Source of the DNA: a bacterium
Lineage (GTDB): Bacteria > Cyanobacteriota > Sericytochromatia > S15B-MN24 > VGJW01
Reading direction: 5' to 3'
NCBI GenBank assembly: GCA_021781555.1
Contig: JAJXWQ010000007.1
Location: forward strand, 529 to 64,528
Length of the DNA stretch: 64,000 nt
Position 1 is the first letter of the stretch, and each line of letters starts with the position of its first letter. Below the pieces are notes generated by a model. The model ran no database searches and was not told the origin of the DNA. It saw only the letters and a list, made by a program, of their open reading frames with translations. Positions 39,361 through 49,386 of the stretch are shown one piece after another. Both the position numbers and the translations under genes were made by a program.

Positions 39361-40260
39361 GTGTCGGACAACCCGAGCGTGCGGCTCGACGGCCTGGTCA
39401 AGGCGACGGCGGCCGGCGGACGCATCCGCGCACTGGCCGCCTACACGACCGGCATCGCCGAGACCGCCCGCCAGAACCACCAGACGGCGCCGCTGGCGAC
39501 CGCGGCCCTTGGCAAGGCCCTGACCGGCGGCCTGCTCCTGGCGAATTCGCTGATGAAGGAGGAGGGCCGCCTCACCATCCGCATCGTCGGCGGCGGGCCG
39601 ATTGGCGGGATCATCGTGGATGCGGGCGCGGATGGCTCCGTTCGCGGCTACGTGGGGCGGCCCGATCTCTATCTCTCCCAGGGCGACAAGGATATCGTCG
39701 ACATCGGCCTCGCCGTCGGGCACGAGGGCTTCCTGTACGTGACGCACGACCGCGGAACGGGCCACCCCTACACGGGCGTCGTCCAGCTGGTCAGCGGAGA
39801 GCTCGGCGAGGATTTCACCCATTACCTGGCGACCTCCGAGCAGATCCCTGCCGCGGTTTCGCTGGGCATCTTCATCAACCGGGATGGCACGGTAGCCAGT
39901 GCAGGCGGCTTGCTGGTCCAGCTCCTACCCGATGCCGGCGACGAGATCGCCTGGCGGCTGGAGCAGACCATCAAGGCCCTGCCGGGCTTCTCGGAGCTGA
40001 TGAACCGCTGTCCGGATCCTGCCGACGTGGTGCACCAGGCCCTGGCGGGATTCCAGGTCGATACGATCACCCATCACCAGGTGGGATTCCGGTGCCGCTG
40101 CTCGCAAGAGAAGGTGATGGCGGCGATCGCCAGCCTGGGCGAACAGGAGATCCGCTCGATGATCGACGAGGACGGCCAGGCCGAGGTCCGCTGCCACTTC
40201 TGCGGACACCAGTACCACATCAGCCGCGCCCAGCTCAGCGCGCTCATCGAGGCCAGTTGA
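39361..40260 (+). CDS. hslO: Hsp33 redox chaperone
   Basis: YLATSEQIP, AGGLLVQLLP, CRCS and CHFC zinc motifs. Confidence 0.95.
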   Translation: MSDNPSVRLDGLVKATAAGGRIRALAAYTTGIAETARQNHQTAPLATAALGKALTGGLLLANSLMKEEGRLTIRIVGGGPIGGIIVDAGADGSVRGYVGRPDLYLSQGDKDIVDIGLAVGHEGFLYVTHDRGTGHPYTGVVQLVSGELGEDFTHYLATSEQIPAAVSLGIFINRDGTVASAGGLLVQLLPDAGDEIAWRLEQTIKALPGFSELMNRCPDPADVVHQALAGFQVDTITHHQVGFRCRCSQEKVMAAIASLGEQEIRSMIDEDGQAEVRCHFCGHQYHISRAQLSALIEAS

Positions 40261-40355
40261 AACCTGCCAGCGCGGAGCGCCCCTGGGCTCCTGCTGGGTG
40301 TCCTCCGGAAGCGCACGTGCCGGGCACGTGCCAGCTCCGGCCGTCCGCCGGACGG

Positions 40356-40550
40356 CTAGACCGCGCGCTTGACCTTTCCAGCCTTCAGGCACGAGGTGCA
40401 GACCCGGACCTTGCGAATCGTGCCGTTGCCGATATCGGCGCGGACGCTCTGCAGGTTGGGCAACCAGCGGCGCTTGGTGTGGACGTTGGAATGGCTGACG
40501 TTGAACCCGGTGGCGGGTCCCTTGCCGCAAACTTGGCACTTCCAGGCCAC
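40356..40550 (-). CDS. rpmB: 50S ribosomal protein L28
   Basis: CQVCGK...[17 protein letters not shown]...VCTSCLK. Confidence 0.96.
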   Translation of the reverse strand: MAWKCQVCGKGPATGFNVSHSNVHTKRRWLPNLQSVRADIGNGTIRKVRVCTSCLKAGKVKRAV

Positions 40551-40662
40551 GATCAGATCCTCCAGGCAGTGGCCCGTCCCCTGGGGGCTGGACCGAGAAC
40601 AGAAAGGTCACAGACGGAGCCCGCTCACACGCGGCGACGCCCGCTCCGATAAAAGAAGTCGA

Positions 40663-41400
40663 ATGAAGAACCTACCACACCTTTCGCCCTCCGGCAAGCG
40701 CCCTGTCGAGGTCCTGGTGGTCGGCAACACCCACACCACGCTCACCGCCTTCTCTCCGAACCCGACCCTGGCCAAGGCGGTGCGGACGGACGAACTCGCG
40801 GCCTGCGCCGAGGACCTTCTCCGGGCGCGGCCCGACCCGTCGGCGGACCTGGTGGTCGTGAGCGTGGTCCCGCCCATCGAGCCGACGATCGCCTCGATCT
40901 TTCCCGGCGCCACTTTCCTGGCGGCCGAAGCAGCGCCGATCGATATCGCCTATCTTGATCCCTCGACGCTCGGGCCCGATCGAATCGCCAACGCGCTTGC
41001 CGCCCGAGCCCTGTTCGGGGCGCCGGTCCTGACGGTCGACTGCGGGACCGCGACAACCTTCACCGCGGTGGATTCCGACGGTCGACTCGCGGGAGGGGCG
41101 ATCGCCGTGGGCCTCGGGACCGCCCGCGACGCCCTGGCGGCCAGGGGTGCGCGATTACCTACCGTCGATCTTGCCGTTTTACCTCCCGGCCCCGCCACGG
41201 ACACGCGTTCCGCCCTGCAGATCGGCCTCGTCCACGGCCACGCGGGATTGATCCAGCATCTCTGCAAGTTGCTGGCGCCAGCCACCCCGATCCTGCTCAC
41301 GGGGGGCTGGAGCGCGCTCCTGGCCCCCTTGATCCCGCGCTCGCGGCGCGTGGAGCACCTCACCGCCCTGGGCGGAAAGGTCTACCATGACGCCCGGTGA
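40663..41400 (+). CDS. coaX: Type III pantothenate kinase
   Basis: GNT, SVVP, LGPDR, VDCGTATT, GGAI, TGG. Confidence 0.85.
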   Translation: MKNLPHLSPSGKRPVEVLVVGNTHTTLTAFSPNPTLAKAVRTDELAACAEDLLRARPDPSADLVVVSVVPPIEPTIASIFPGATFLAAEAAPIDIAYLDPSTLGPDRIANALAARALFGAPVLTVDCGTATTFTAVDSDGRLAGGAIAVGLGTARDALAARGARLPTVDLAVLPPGPATDTRSALQIGLVHGHAGLIQHLCKLLAPATPILLTGGWSALLAPLIPRSRRVEHLTALGGKVYHDAR

Positions 41401-41851
41401 CGATGGGATCTCCGCGCTACGCGCCCACCACTTCCTGTGCCTCACGACCTTCGCCGGCAAGGGATATTCGCCGGACTTCGCGGCAAACCTGAGCCGGGTC
41501 TTCGGGGCCGCCCAGCGCGGCGAGCTCTCCCGGCTGCGCGCCACGTCGAAGGCCGATTTGATCTGCGGGGCCTGTCCGCACCTCGAGGATGGCTCGGCCG
41601 CCGACGGCTGTGCCTTCAGCGCGTCCATCGCGGCACGAGATCGCCGGATGCTCCGAGCCCTGGGCTGGCGGGAGAATCAAGAGGTCGACTTCGCTGCGGC
41701 CATGGACATCATCCATGAGCGCCATCGCGAGCTCATGCGTCAGGTTTGCCGTGGCTGCGACTGGGAGGCCCTGTGCGCAGAGGAACGCTTTACGCTCCGT
41801 CCCGCAAAGAGCCCGCCGCGCGAAGGCAAACCCGAACCGGGCCCCGTTTGA
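41387..41851 (+). CDS. DUF1284 family protein
   Basis: LRAHHFLC...GKGYS..F, DLICGACP, CRGCDW..C. Confidence 0.85.
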   Translation: MTPGDDGISALRAHHFLCLTTFAGKGYSPDFAANLSRVFGAAQRGELSRLRATSKADLICGACPHLEDGSAADGCAFSASIAARDRRMLRALGWRENQEVDFAAAMDIIHERHRELMRQVCRGCDWEALCAEERFTLRPAKSPPREGKPEPGPV

Positions 41852-41983
41852 CTACGCGGACCCGACCCTTGCCAACAGGGACCACCCGGAAGGCTGCCCG
41901 CTCAAGCCGCGCGAACACGGATCCTTGGCGCGCCGGGCCGCGATTCTGGCAGCCAACCAGCGCGTCTCCTGAGCGGCCGGGCG

Positions 41984-43252
41984 CTATGACCTGGGGATCG
42001 CCAGGACCTGGCCCGGGTGGATCCAGTGGGGATTCGAGATCACGTGCCGGTTAATGCCGTAGATGCGCGGCCAGAGCGCTCCGTTCCCGAGGTGAGTGGC
42101 CGCCAGGCTCCAGAGGCTATCCCCCGGATGAACCGTGACCGTCACCGAGCGGGACGGAAACTCGGCCCGTGCCAGCTGCGTCGCGGGGATGTGAAGGATC
42201 AAACCCGGGTGAATCAACCCCGGATCGGATCCGATCAGCTCGCGATTGGCGCGGTACAGCGCGCCCCAGAGCACCGGGTTGCCGAGGTACCGACCTGATA
42301 TCGCCCAGAGCGTATCCGCGGGACGAACCCGATAGGTGATGGCGGTGGCAGGCCTCGAGACGACGACCGTACGGGGGCTGCGCCGATGCCCCGGAGCGAC
42401 GCGAACCGCAGGGTGCTCCGCAGCCTTGACTCCTGGGTGCTCCACCCGGGCGCCGGGGCGCTTCACAACGGCCGGCTTCGCCCGTCCGGGCGCCAGGGGA
42501 GGTGAAGCGTGTTCCGACAGCCGAGCGGCATTCGGGGCGTGCGGGACCGCCGTGGCCTTGACCACGAGGGTCCTGGGCCGGGCGGGGCGGGCAGGAGCGG
42601 CGGGGTGCGCGTGCCCGTATGCAGGCGCCTTCGCCGCCGGCTTGTGGACCGCGATGGGCTTGCCTCCGGGTTGCAGTGGCATCGGAGCAGGCAGGGCTCT
42701 GGCCACCTGCTCGTGGCCTGCTGGCGAAAGTCCCACGAAGAAGCTCGATCCAGGCTTGAGGCCGGTGAGGATCAACGGGAAGGATCGGTATCCCGGCTTG
42801 GCGACCTCGACCGGGCCGCGGCCCATGGTCGAGACCGAGATCCTCGCCTCGCCGTCCGCGCCGGTCCGGGCGACGATCCGCCCGTGGTCCGCGACGATCC
42901 GGGCGCCGGCCAGTGGCCTCCCGGTGGCGGCATCCACGACCCTCACGATGGCGACGGACTGCGCGGCCGGGGCGGCCATGACCGGGCTCTCGACCAGCAC
43001 GGCCTGCGGGACGAGCAGCGCCGCGGCCAAGATGGCAACGCCCGGAGCGGCCAGGCGTGGTCCTGGAGCCGATGCGCGGGCGATTCCGGGCACTTGCAGC
43101 TCTCGCCAGGCCTCTGCCCAGAAAAAGGAAGTGCGCGGTAGCCGAACACCGGACAAACTACCACCCGCGATCGCCGCATCGAGCCAGGCAAGCTCCGCGA
43201 GAATCGAATCCTCGCGCTCGGCTGGTTCGCGACGGGTCGACTCGGGTCCCAT
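41984..43252 (-). CDS. Double LysM protein with carboxypeptidase-regulatory-like domain
   Basis: VVDAATGRPLAGA; two YRVRPADTLW/VHPGDSLW...IHPG LysM repeats. Confidence 0.8.
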   Translation of the reverse strand: MGPESTRREPAEREDSILAELAWLDAAIAGGSLSGVRLPRTSFFWAEAWRELQVPGIARASAPGPRLAAPGVAILAAALLVPQAVLVESPVMAAPAAQSVAIVRVVDAATGRPLAGARIVADHGRIVARTGADGEARISVSTMGRGPVEVAKPGYRSFPLILTGLKPGSSFFVGLSPAGHEQVARALPAPMPLQPGGKPIAVHKPAAKAPAYGHAHPAAPARPARPRTLVVKATAVPHAPNAARLSEHASPPLAPGRAKPAVVKRPGARVEHPGVKAAEHPAVRVAPGHRRSPRTVVVSRPATAITYRVRPADTLWAISGRYLGNPVLWGALYRANRELIGSDPGLIHPGLILHIPATQLARAEFPSRSVTVTVHPGDSLWSLAATHLGNGALWPRIYGINRHVISNPHWIHPGQVLAIPRS

Positions 43253-43462
43253 GCACATTCTGGGCTTTCCTCGCTTGCTACGCTCGCGTGCCCGGCTACA
43301 GGCCTCCTGGTCAGAGACCAGGCCTGCTTCGAGACGCGCCAACTACGTCCGGGTCCCGCCCGGCAAGAGGGCTGTCAGGTCAGACCTTTGCCTGCGGGCG
43401 GTGCCGGAGTATAGCGCCAGGCGCTCGCCCCTCGCAACCGGAGCGAACGCCGCCCCGATCCG

Positions 43463-44407
43463 TCAGAACAGCTTGCCGTACGTGTGCAGGCCCGTCGCCA
43501 GATAATTCACGCCGAGATAAGTGACCAGCAGCGAAGCGAAACAGAGCACCGCGAACCAGGCCGCTTTGGTCCCCCGCCACTCGCGCTGCAGCCTCACGTG
43601 CAGGTACGCGGCATAGAACAGCCAGGTGATGAGCGACCAGGTTTCCTTGGGATCCCAGCTCCAGTAGGTTCCCCACGCGTGGTTGGCCCACATTCCGCCC
43701 AGGATGATGCCAAAGGCGAGCAGGGGAAAGCCCAGCAAGACCAGGCGGTAGGTGAGCTCGTCGAGCATGTCGAGGGTCGCAACCGACGCCTTGGCTCCCT
43801 TCGCGGCCATCGCGCCCGCGGCACGAGGCGCGAACAGACGATCCCGGTAGTGGAAGAACAGGTAGAGGATCGCGCCCACGAAGGAAAGGAAGAAGGCCGC
43901 GTAGCTGATGAGCATCAGCGACACGTGGACCTTGAGCCAGTAGCTCTGCAAGCTCGGCACCAGCGGATGGGCGTCCTTCAGGCGCGGCGGCAAGAGCGAG
44001 GCCAGGCCGATGATGATGGCTACCAGGAAGCTCGACACCAGACCGAAACCGGGCGCCTTGAACATCCGGTCCACGACCAGATAGATGGCGAAGATCGCCA
44101 CGACGATGTACATCACCGACTCGAAGAGGTTGGATAACGGCCAGTAGTCCGGCGAGATCTTGACCATGTACGAGTAGCGCGTGGCGAGTTCGCCGAAGTT
44201 GGCAAGGGCAGCCACGACCATCAGTCCGTAACCGAACTTGCCGAACATCGGCTTCTTGAGCACGATCTCGAGCAGGAAGGCCACGGCCGCCAGGCCGGCC
44301 AGGATCAGCACGGCGCTCGTGAGGACCTGGTCGATCGCCATCATCTGGTGCATCGACGCGGCGACGGCACCGGTGGACTGGTCGAGGGTCCCGAAATCAC
44401 TGCCCAT
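43463..44407 (-). CDS. ccsA: Cytochrome c biogenesis protein CcsA/ResC
   Basis: PLSNLFES, LVPSLQSYWL..H, WANHAWGTYWSWDPKETW, GLHTYG. Confidence 0.95.
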   Translation of the reverse strand: MGSDFGTLDQSTGAVAASMHQMMAIDQVLTSAVLILAGLAAVAFLLEIVLKKPMFGKFGYGLMVVAALANFGELATRYSYMVKISPDYWPLSNLFESVMYIVVAIFAIYLVVDRMFKAPGFGLVSSFLVAIIIGLASLLPPRLKDAHPLVPSLQSYWLKVHVSLMLISYAAFFLSFVGAILYLFFHYRDRLFAPRAAGAMAAKGAKASVATLDMLDELTYRLVLLGFPLLAFGIILGGMWANHAWGTYWSWDPKETWSLITWLFYAAYLHVRLQREWRGTKAAWFAVLCFASLLVTYLGVNYLATGLHTYGKLF

Positions 44408-46511
44408 GAAGTTCTCCTTGAGGAATCGCACCTGGAACTCGAGAGGACTGGCCCGGGCCCGGATCCTCGCCGTCGGCGTGGGCCGCTGCCGGGTCCGGAT
44501 CCACCGCGTCGAGCGCAGCGGCTGCGAACGCATCCTCGGCATTGACGCCGAGCTCCCGCGCCATCTGCGCAAGTTCCTGGTGGAAGAGATACTGGCCGCG
44601 GTTGGCCTTGCCCGCGACCTTGCAACCATCGGCGGTGCTGGCCACGTAGAGCTGCCGGTGGCTGAACATGCCGAGGAAGGCGCCCAGGATGACGGTGATG
44701 AATCCGGTGTAGATCACCGGAATCGCCGGATCGCTCTTGGTCTGCAACCCCGAGAACCAGACCGGGCCCCGGTAGTTCACGATGTCATGGCCGAGCTGCA
44801 CCGTATCGTGAGGATCCAGGATGGCTGCAGCCGTCTGATCCCGGGTATTGATCAGCCAGAGCGGGGAACCGGCCGGATCGGCGTTCTGAACGGCGACCAC
44901 GGTCTTACCGCCGATCTCGAACGGATCGGAGGCCGGCCCGGACACCTGGAACCCCGTCATCGACACGTCGACGAGCCGGAGCGGCACGGGCTTGCCGTCC
45001 TCGAGAATCGTCGCGCTCGCCAGCCCCCCGGCCGTTGCGGTGGTCTTCCGGGCCACGTAGCCCACCGTCACGTCGTCGGCAACGGCCGACTGGTGCATGG
45101 CGATCTTGCAGATCGGAGCCAGGGTCCGCAGGTCCATGATCTGCACCGGCCCCTCGGGATCGGGCATGTACAGGAACACCTGGTGCTGGCCCACCACGAA
45201 CTCTCGCGAGATGTACCCCGCCAGGTTGAACCTCCCGGCCGATTCGACCGCAAGGGTCCGGCGCTGCCCGCCGACATCCAGAACCACCGCCGCGATGCCG
45301 GGAGCCGTCGTGACGGAGCCGAGGGCGTAGGTGTGGCCGTCGAGCGCGAGTGGCTTGCCCGGCGCGATGCTTCCGAGGCAGTTCAGGTTCGCCAGGTCCA
45401 GGAGAAAGAAGGGCCGGTGCGGCCCGGCGCTGTAGAAGAACGCCTCCTGCCGCCGGTGGCCCTTCGTCGCGCTGCTGGCCGCGGGTGCGGGAAGCTTGAA
45501 CTGGGTCGAGATGAAGCCAGCCAGCTTGATCGACACGCCGTCTTGACGGGTGAGGAGGATCCGCGTCCGGATGCCGCGGTCGACGACGAACCGCTCGGCT
45601 CCGATGCCGTAGAACGACTGGTAGAACCAGACGCCCTTGTAACGCAACGGGTCGTTGACGTGAATGGTCCGGGTCAAGACGGTCTTGCCCCCGTCCAGGA
45701 CGGACAGGGTCGAGTAGTACTGCTTGACGGCCCCCCCCGGGTAGTGGGTCATCCAGAACTTGTCGAGGTGGATCTTCCAGGAACCCGGATCAGGAGTCAG
45801 CGGCCCGCGTTGGCTCGCGGCCCGCATCGCCTGCTGCACCGGCATCGTGTCGCCGGGCAAGAGGGGGAAGCTATCCTTGAAGCCGGCCAGGCCGGCCGTG
45901 ATGGCCCCGATGAGGATCAAGAACAGCCCCACGTGCACGACCATGGGGGCGAATCGGAACCAGCGGTTGCGATCGGCCACGAGCCCGCCGTCGTTCGTCT
46001 TGAACGTGCGGAAGAAGCGTCGGGAAAGCAACGCCTGCACGCGATCGACCGTTACCCCGGCGAGCTTGAGTTGCTCGGGCAGCCGAGCTTGAACCGCCTC
46101 GGGCAGCTCGCGCGGACGGCCCAGCGCGAACTGGAGGTGAGGCCAGACGCGCACGTAGGTGCAGACGGCCAGGTTGAAGAAGAACAGAGCCAGCAGACCA
46201 AGATACCAGGGCGAGCCGAAGACGTCGTACGCCCGGATCCAGATCAGAAATTGCTTGGCGCCCTCGCTCATACCCGCGATGCCGAGCACGCCGCTCGGCT
46301 CGCCCTGGGGAATCAGGGTCCCGACAATGGATCCGAGGGCGATCAGGACGATCAGAACGACGGCAAGCTTGACGCTGCTCCAGACACGGACGAAGGACGA
46401 CCGCATCGATTCGTAGACCGAAGGCCCCTCGATCTCGGCCTCGGAATCGCGGGGATCTTGAGAAAGGTCGACCGCCTCGGCGGGGGGGTCTTTTTGCGAA
46501 TGTGTCGGCAT
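44397..46511 (-). CDS. resB: Cytochrome c biogenesis protein ResB/Ccs1 (expanded)
   Basis: GTLIPQ, WY..LL..NLAVCT, VVHVG, IHVNDPLRYKG..YQ, SGLQTKSDPA. Confidence 0.9.
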   Translation of the reverse strand: MPTHSQKDPPAEAVDLSQDPRDSEAEIEGPSVYESMRSSFVRVWSSVKLAVVLIVLIALGSIVGTLIPQGEPSGVLGIAGMSEGAKQFLIWIRAYDVFGSPWYLGLLALFFFNLAVCTYVRVWPHLQFALGRPRELPEAVQARLPEQLKLAGVTVDRVQALLSRRFFRTFKTNDGGLVADRNRWFRFAPMVVHVGLFLILIGAITAGLAGFKDSFPLLPGDTMPVQQAMRAASQRGPLTPDPGSWKIHLDKFWMTHYPGGAVKQYYSTLSVLDGGKTVLTRTIHVNDPLRYKGVWFYQSFYGIGAERFVVDRGIRTRILLTRQDGVSIKLAGFISTQFKLPAPAASSATKGHRRQEAFFYSAGPHRPFFLLDLANLNCLGSIAPGKPLALDGHTYALGSVTTAPGIAAVVLDVGGQRRTLAVESAGRFNLAGYISREFVVGQHQVFLYMPDPEGPVQIMDLRTLAPICKIAMHQSAVADDVTVGYVARKTTATAGGLASATILEDGKPVPLRLVDVSMTGFQVSGPASDPFEIGGKTVVAVQNADPAGSPLWLINTRDQTAAAILDPHDTVQLGHDIVNYRGPVWFSGLQTKSDPAIPVIYTGFITVILGAFLGMFSHRQLYVASTADGCKVAGKANRGQYLFHQELAQMARELGVNAEDAFAAAALDAVDPDPAAAHADGEDPGPGQSSRVPGAIPQGELHGQ

Positions 46512-46746
46512 GAGTCTGGAGACCTTTCGAGGCCTGGCTGACGTGCTACGATCGAGTGGTCCGAGGCAGTCTGCGCGAGGCCTCCGATCAGTATAGCTCA
46601 CGGTCTCGATTCGTCCTCGACCGCTTATAATGGAGGCCTTCGCGCCTGAATTTACAAGCAAGACGCTCCGCGCGACCGTTTCGGTCACCGGGATCGAGCA
46701 AGGTTGTATCCTTGATCTTGGGCCGGCCGACACCAGCTGCTAGACG

Positions 46747-48054
46747 ATGACGATTTTTCGCTACGGAATTAGCCACGACGAGGCAAGCGTCTCGCTCCGC
46801 GAGCAGGTGGCGTTCTCGGGGAGCCAGATCCCCGAGGCCCTGGCCAGCCTGGCGGAGATTCCGGAGCTCCTCGAGGCGGCCCTACTCTCCACCTGCAACC
46901 GCACGGAATTCTACGCCGTTGCCGAGAGCGCAGAGGTGGCCCAGGAGTCCCTGGCGCGGTTCCTGGCCCGCCATCGCGGGCTGGAAGAGCGCTTCGTCGC
47001 CTCGCAATTCCACGGCCTGGCGGATCGCGACGCCGTGATCCATCTTCTGCGCGTGGCCGCCGGCCTCGAGTCGCAGATCCTGGGCGAGGGCCAGATCCTG
47101 GGGCAAGTCCGCGACGCGGCGGCCACAGCCAGGACCGCCGGCACGCTCGGTCCGGTCCTCGACGCGCTTTTTCGCCAGGCGGTCACCACGGGCAAGCGCG
47201 TCCGCACGGAAACCCCGATCAGCCAAGGTGCGGTGAGCGTCGGTGCGGCGGCGGTCGAGCTGGCGCGCCGCGAGCTCGACACCCTGACGGATCGCACGGT
47301 CCTGGTCCTCGGAACGGGCAAGATCGGCGAGGCGACGATCAAGCACCTGGTCGGGCAGGGCGTGCGCAAGTTGCTGGTCTCCAACCGCACGCTGGAGCTG
47401 GCCCAGTCATTGGCGCGTGATATCTCCTGCGAGGCGGTGCCGTTCCACGCAGTGGCGAGCGCCTTGGGCGAAGCCGATGTCGTGCTCTGCTGCACCGCGG
47501 CGCCCCACTACGTCCTCGAGGATTCGGACCTCGGCCCGGTGCTGACGGCCCGCGCCGGCAGGCCGCTGGTCATGGTCGACATCTCCGTGCCAAGGAACAT
47601 CGATCCCAGGATCGGGGGCCACGCCGGGGTGACCCTGTTCGATATCGACGCGCTATCCTCTCTGGCTGACCAGGCCCGCATCGAGCGCTTGAAGCAGGCC
47701 CCGGCCGCAGAGGCCATCGTTGCCGACGAGACCGAGAACTTCGATGGCTGGCAGCGCTCGTATCAGGCGGCGCCCACGATCGCCAGTCTTCGCGGCAAGC
47801 TCGATGCCATCCGGCAAGGGGAGCTCGACCGCTTCTTCGCGCGTCACGGCGACGGGCTGAGTCCCGAGCAGCAAGAGGCCGTCGCGCGCCTCACCCTTGC
47901 CATCACCAACAAGTTCCTGCACGAGCCGACGGTCGGCCTCAAGGCCCAGACCGGCGCCAAGCGCGAGGCTCACGCGCTGGCCATCCGCGACCTCTTTCAG
48001 CTCCAGGTGCCCGTCCGCCCGGCAGGTGGAGCGCCAGCTCCGGCGGGCACCTGA
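46747..48054 (+). CDS. hemA: Glutamyl-tRNA reductase
   Basis: LLSTCNRTEFY, GLES.ILGE.QILGQV, DISVPRNID. Confidence 0.96.
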   Translation: MTIFRYGISHDEASVSLREQVAFSGSQIPEALASLAEIPELLEAALLSTCNRTEFYAVAESAEVAQESLARFLARHRGLEERFVASQFHGLADRDAVIHLLRVAAGLESQILGEGQILGQVRDAAATARTAGTLGPVLDALFRQAVTTGKRVRTETPISQGAVSVGAAAVELARRELDTLTDRTVLVLGTGKIGEATIKHLVGQGVRKLLVSNRTLELAQSLARDISCEAVPFHAVASALGEADVVLCCTAAPHYVLEDSDLGPVLTARAGRPLVMVDISVPRNIDPRIGGHAGVTLFDIDALSSLADQARIERLKQAPAAEAIVADETENFDGWQRSYQAAPTIASLRGKLDAIRQGELDRFFARHGDGLSPEQQEAVARLTLAITNKFLHEPTVGLKAQTGAKREAHALAIRDLFQLQVPVRPAGGAPAPAGT

Positions 48055-48115
48055 TCTCGCTCCCGAGCCGCCCCGTCTCGGCCTGATCGCTGCCAGGCCC
48101 CGGGCGCTCTGTTCT

Positions 48116-49303
48116 TCAGTAGTGGATGCCTGCCTGGCGGAGGCGATCCAGCGCCTCCTGGAGGACGGGCTCGTCGGCCACCAGACTGACCCGGAAGTAG
48201 CCCTCGCCGCCGTCGCCGAAGCCCGTTCCCGGGGTGAAGACGACCCCGGTGCGATCGATGGTATCCGCGACGAAGTCGTAAGCCTTCTGGCCGGGCGGGA
48301 CCGGGCACCAGACATACATCGTGGCCTTGGGCCGGATGACCGGGAACCCGAGCTGCGTCAGGCCGTCGACCACGACATCGCGGCGGCGTTGGTACAGCGC
48401 GACGAGCGCGTCCACATGGCTCTGGGGCAACGACAGCGCGAACTCGGCGGCATCCTGGATGGCGCCGAAAAGGCCGTAGTCCATGTTGGTCTTGACCCGG
48501 TAAAGCTGCTCGATGATCCGGGCGTTGCCGACGACGAAGCCCGTGCGCCAGCCGGCCATGTTGTAGGTCTTGGACATCGTATGGAACTCGACGCCGACGT
48601 CCTTCGCCCCGGGGATCTCGAGGAGGCTGGTGGGGCGGTAGCCATCGAAGGCAAGCTCCGCGTAGGCGAGGTCGTGGACGAGGATGAGGTCGCGCTTGCG
48701 GGCAAACGCAACCGTGTCCTCGTGGAACTCGCGCGGGGCGACCGCGGCCGTGGGGTTGTTGGGGAAGTTGTAGAACAGCATCCGGGCCCGCGCCAGCTGG
48801 CTGGCCGGCACCTCGGACCAGTCGGGCAAGAATTCCCGCGCCGGGCGCATCGGCACCAGCGCCAGCTCGCCTCCGGCGAGCAGCGTCCCGCGGTGGTGCA
48901 CCGGATAGCTGGGGTCGGGCGCGATGGTGACGTCGCCCGGATTGATGAACGCCAGGGCCAGCTTGGCCAGGCCTTCCTTGGAGCCGATGAGGGGCAGGAC
49001 CTCGCTGCGGGGGTCGAGATCGACGCCATAGCGTCGGCCGTACCAGTCGGCGATCGCCTTGCGGAAGCTCTCCTTGCCCTTGAAGCCGGGGTAGCGATGG
49101 TTGGAAGGGTCGCGCAGGGCGGCGATCATCCGCTCCACGACTTCCGGGGGGGTGGGCTGGTCGGGCGATCCGATGCCCAGATCGATGCACTTGAGGCCCT
49201 TTTTCTCGGCTGCCGCGCGGAGTACCTCGAGCTGTGCGGTTGCGTATGGCGGAATACCCGCCAGGCGGTTCGCGATGGCGAAGCGATCGATGGTGGAGGT
49301 CAT
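48116..49303 (-). CDS. Class I PLP aminotransferase (LL-DAP aminotransferase-like)
   Basis: DLGIGSPD, GSKEG, NFPNNPT, HDLAY, SKTYNMAGWR. Confidence 0.9.
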   Translation of the reverse strand: MTSTIDRFAIANRLAGIPPYATAQLEVLRAAAEKKGLKCIDLGIGSPDQPTPPEVVERMIAALRDPSNHRYPGFKGKESFRKAIADWYGRRYGVDLDPRSEVLPLIGSKEGLAKLALAFINPGDVTIAPDPSYPVHHRGTLLAGGELALVPMRPAREFLPDWSEVPASQLARARMLFYNFPNNPTAAVAPREFHEDTVAFARKRDLILVHDLAYAELAFDGYRPTSLLEIPGAKDVGVEFHTMSKTYNMAGWRTGFVVGNARIIEQLYRVKTNMDYGLFGAIQDAAEFALSLPQSHVDALVALYQRRRDVVVDGLTQLGFPVIRPKATMYVWCPVPPGQKAYDFVADTIDRTGVVFTPGTGFGDGGEGYFRVSLVADEPVLQEALDRLRQAGIHY

Positions 49304-49386
49304 GGAGGTCTCCTTGTGAGCGCCTGGCAATTCGGCGCCGGGAATGCGAGGGGTTTACAAACTCGAATCCAAGGCTGGCAGGTGCG

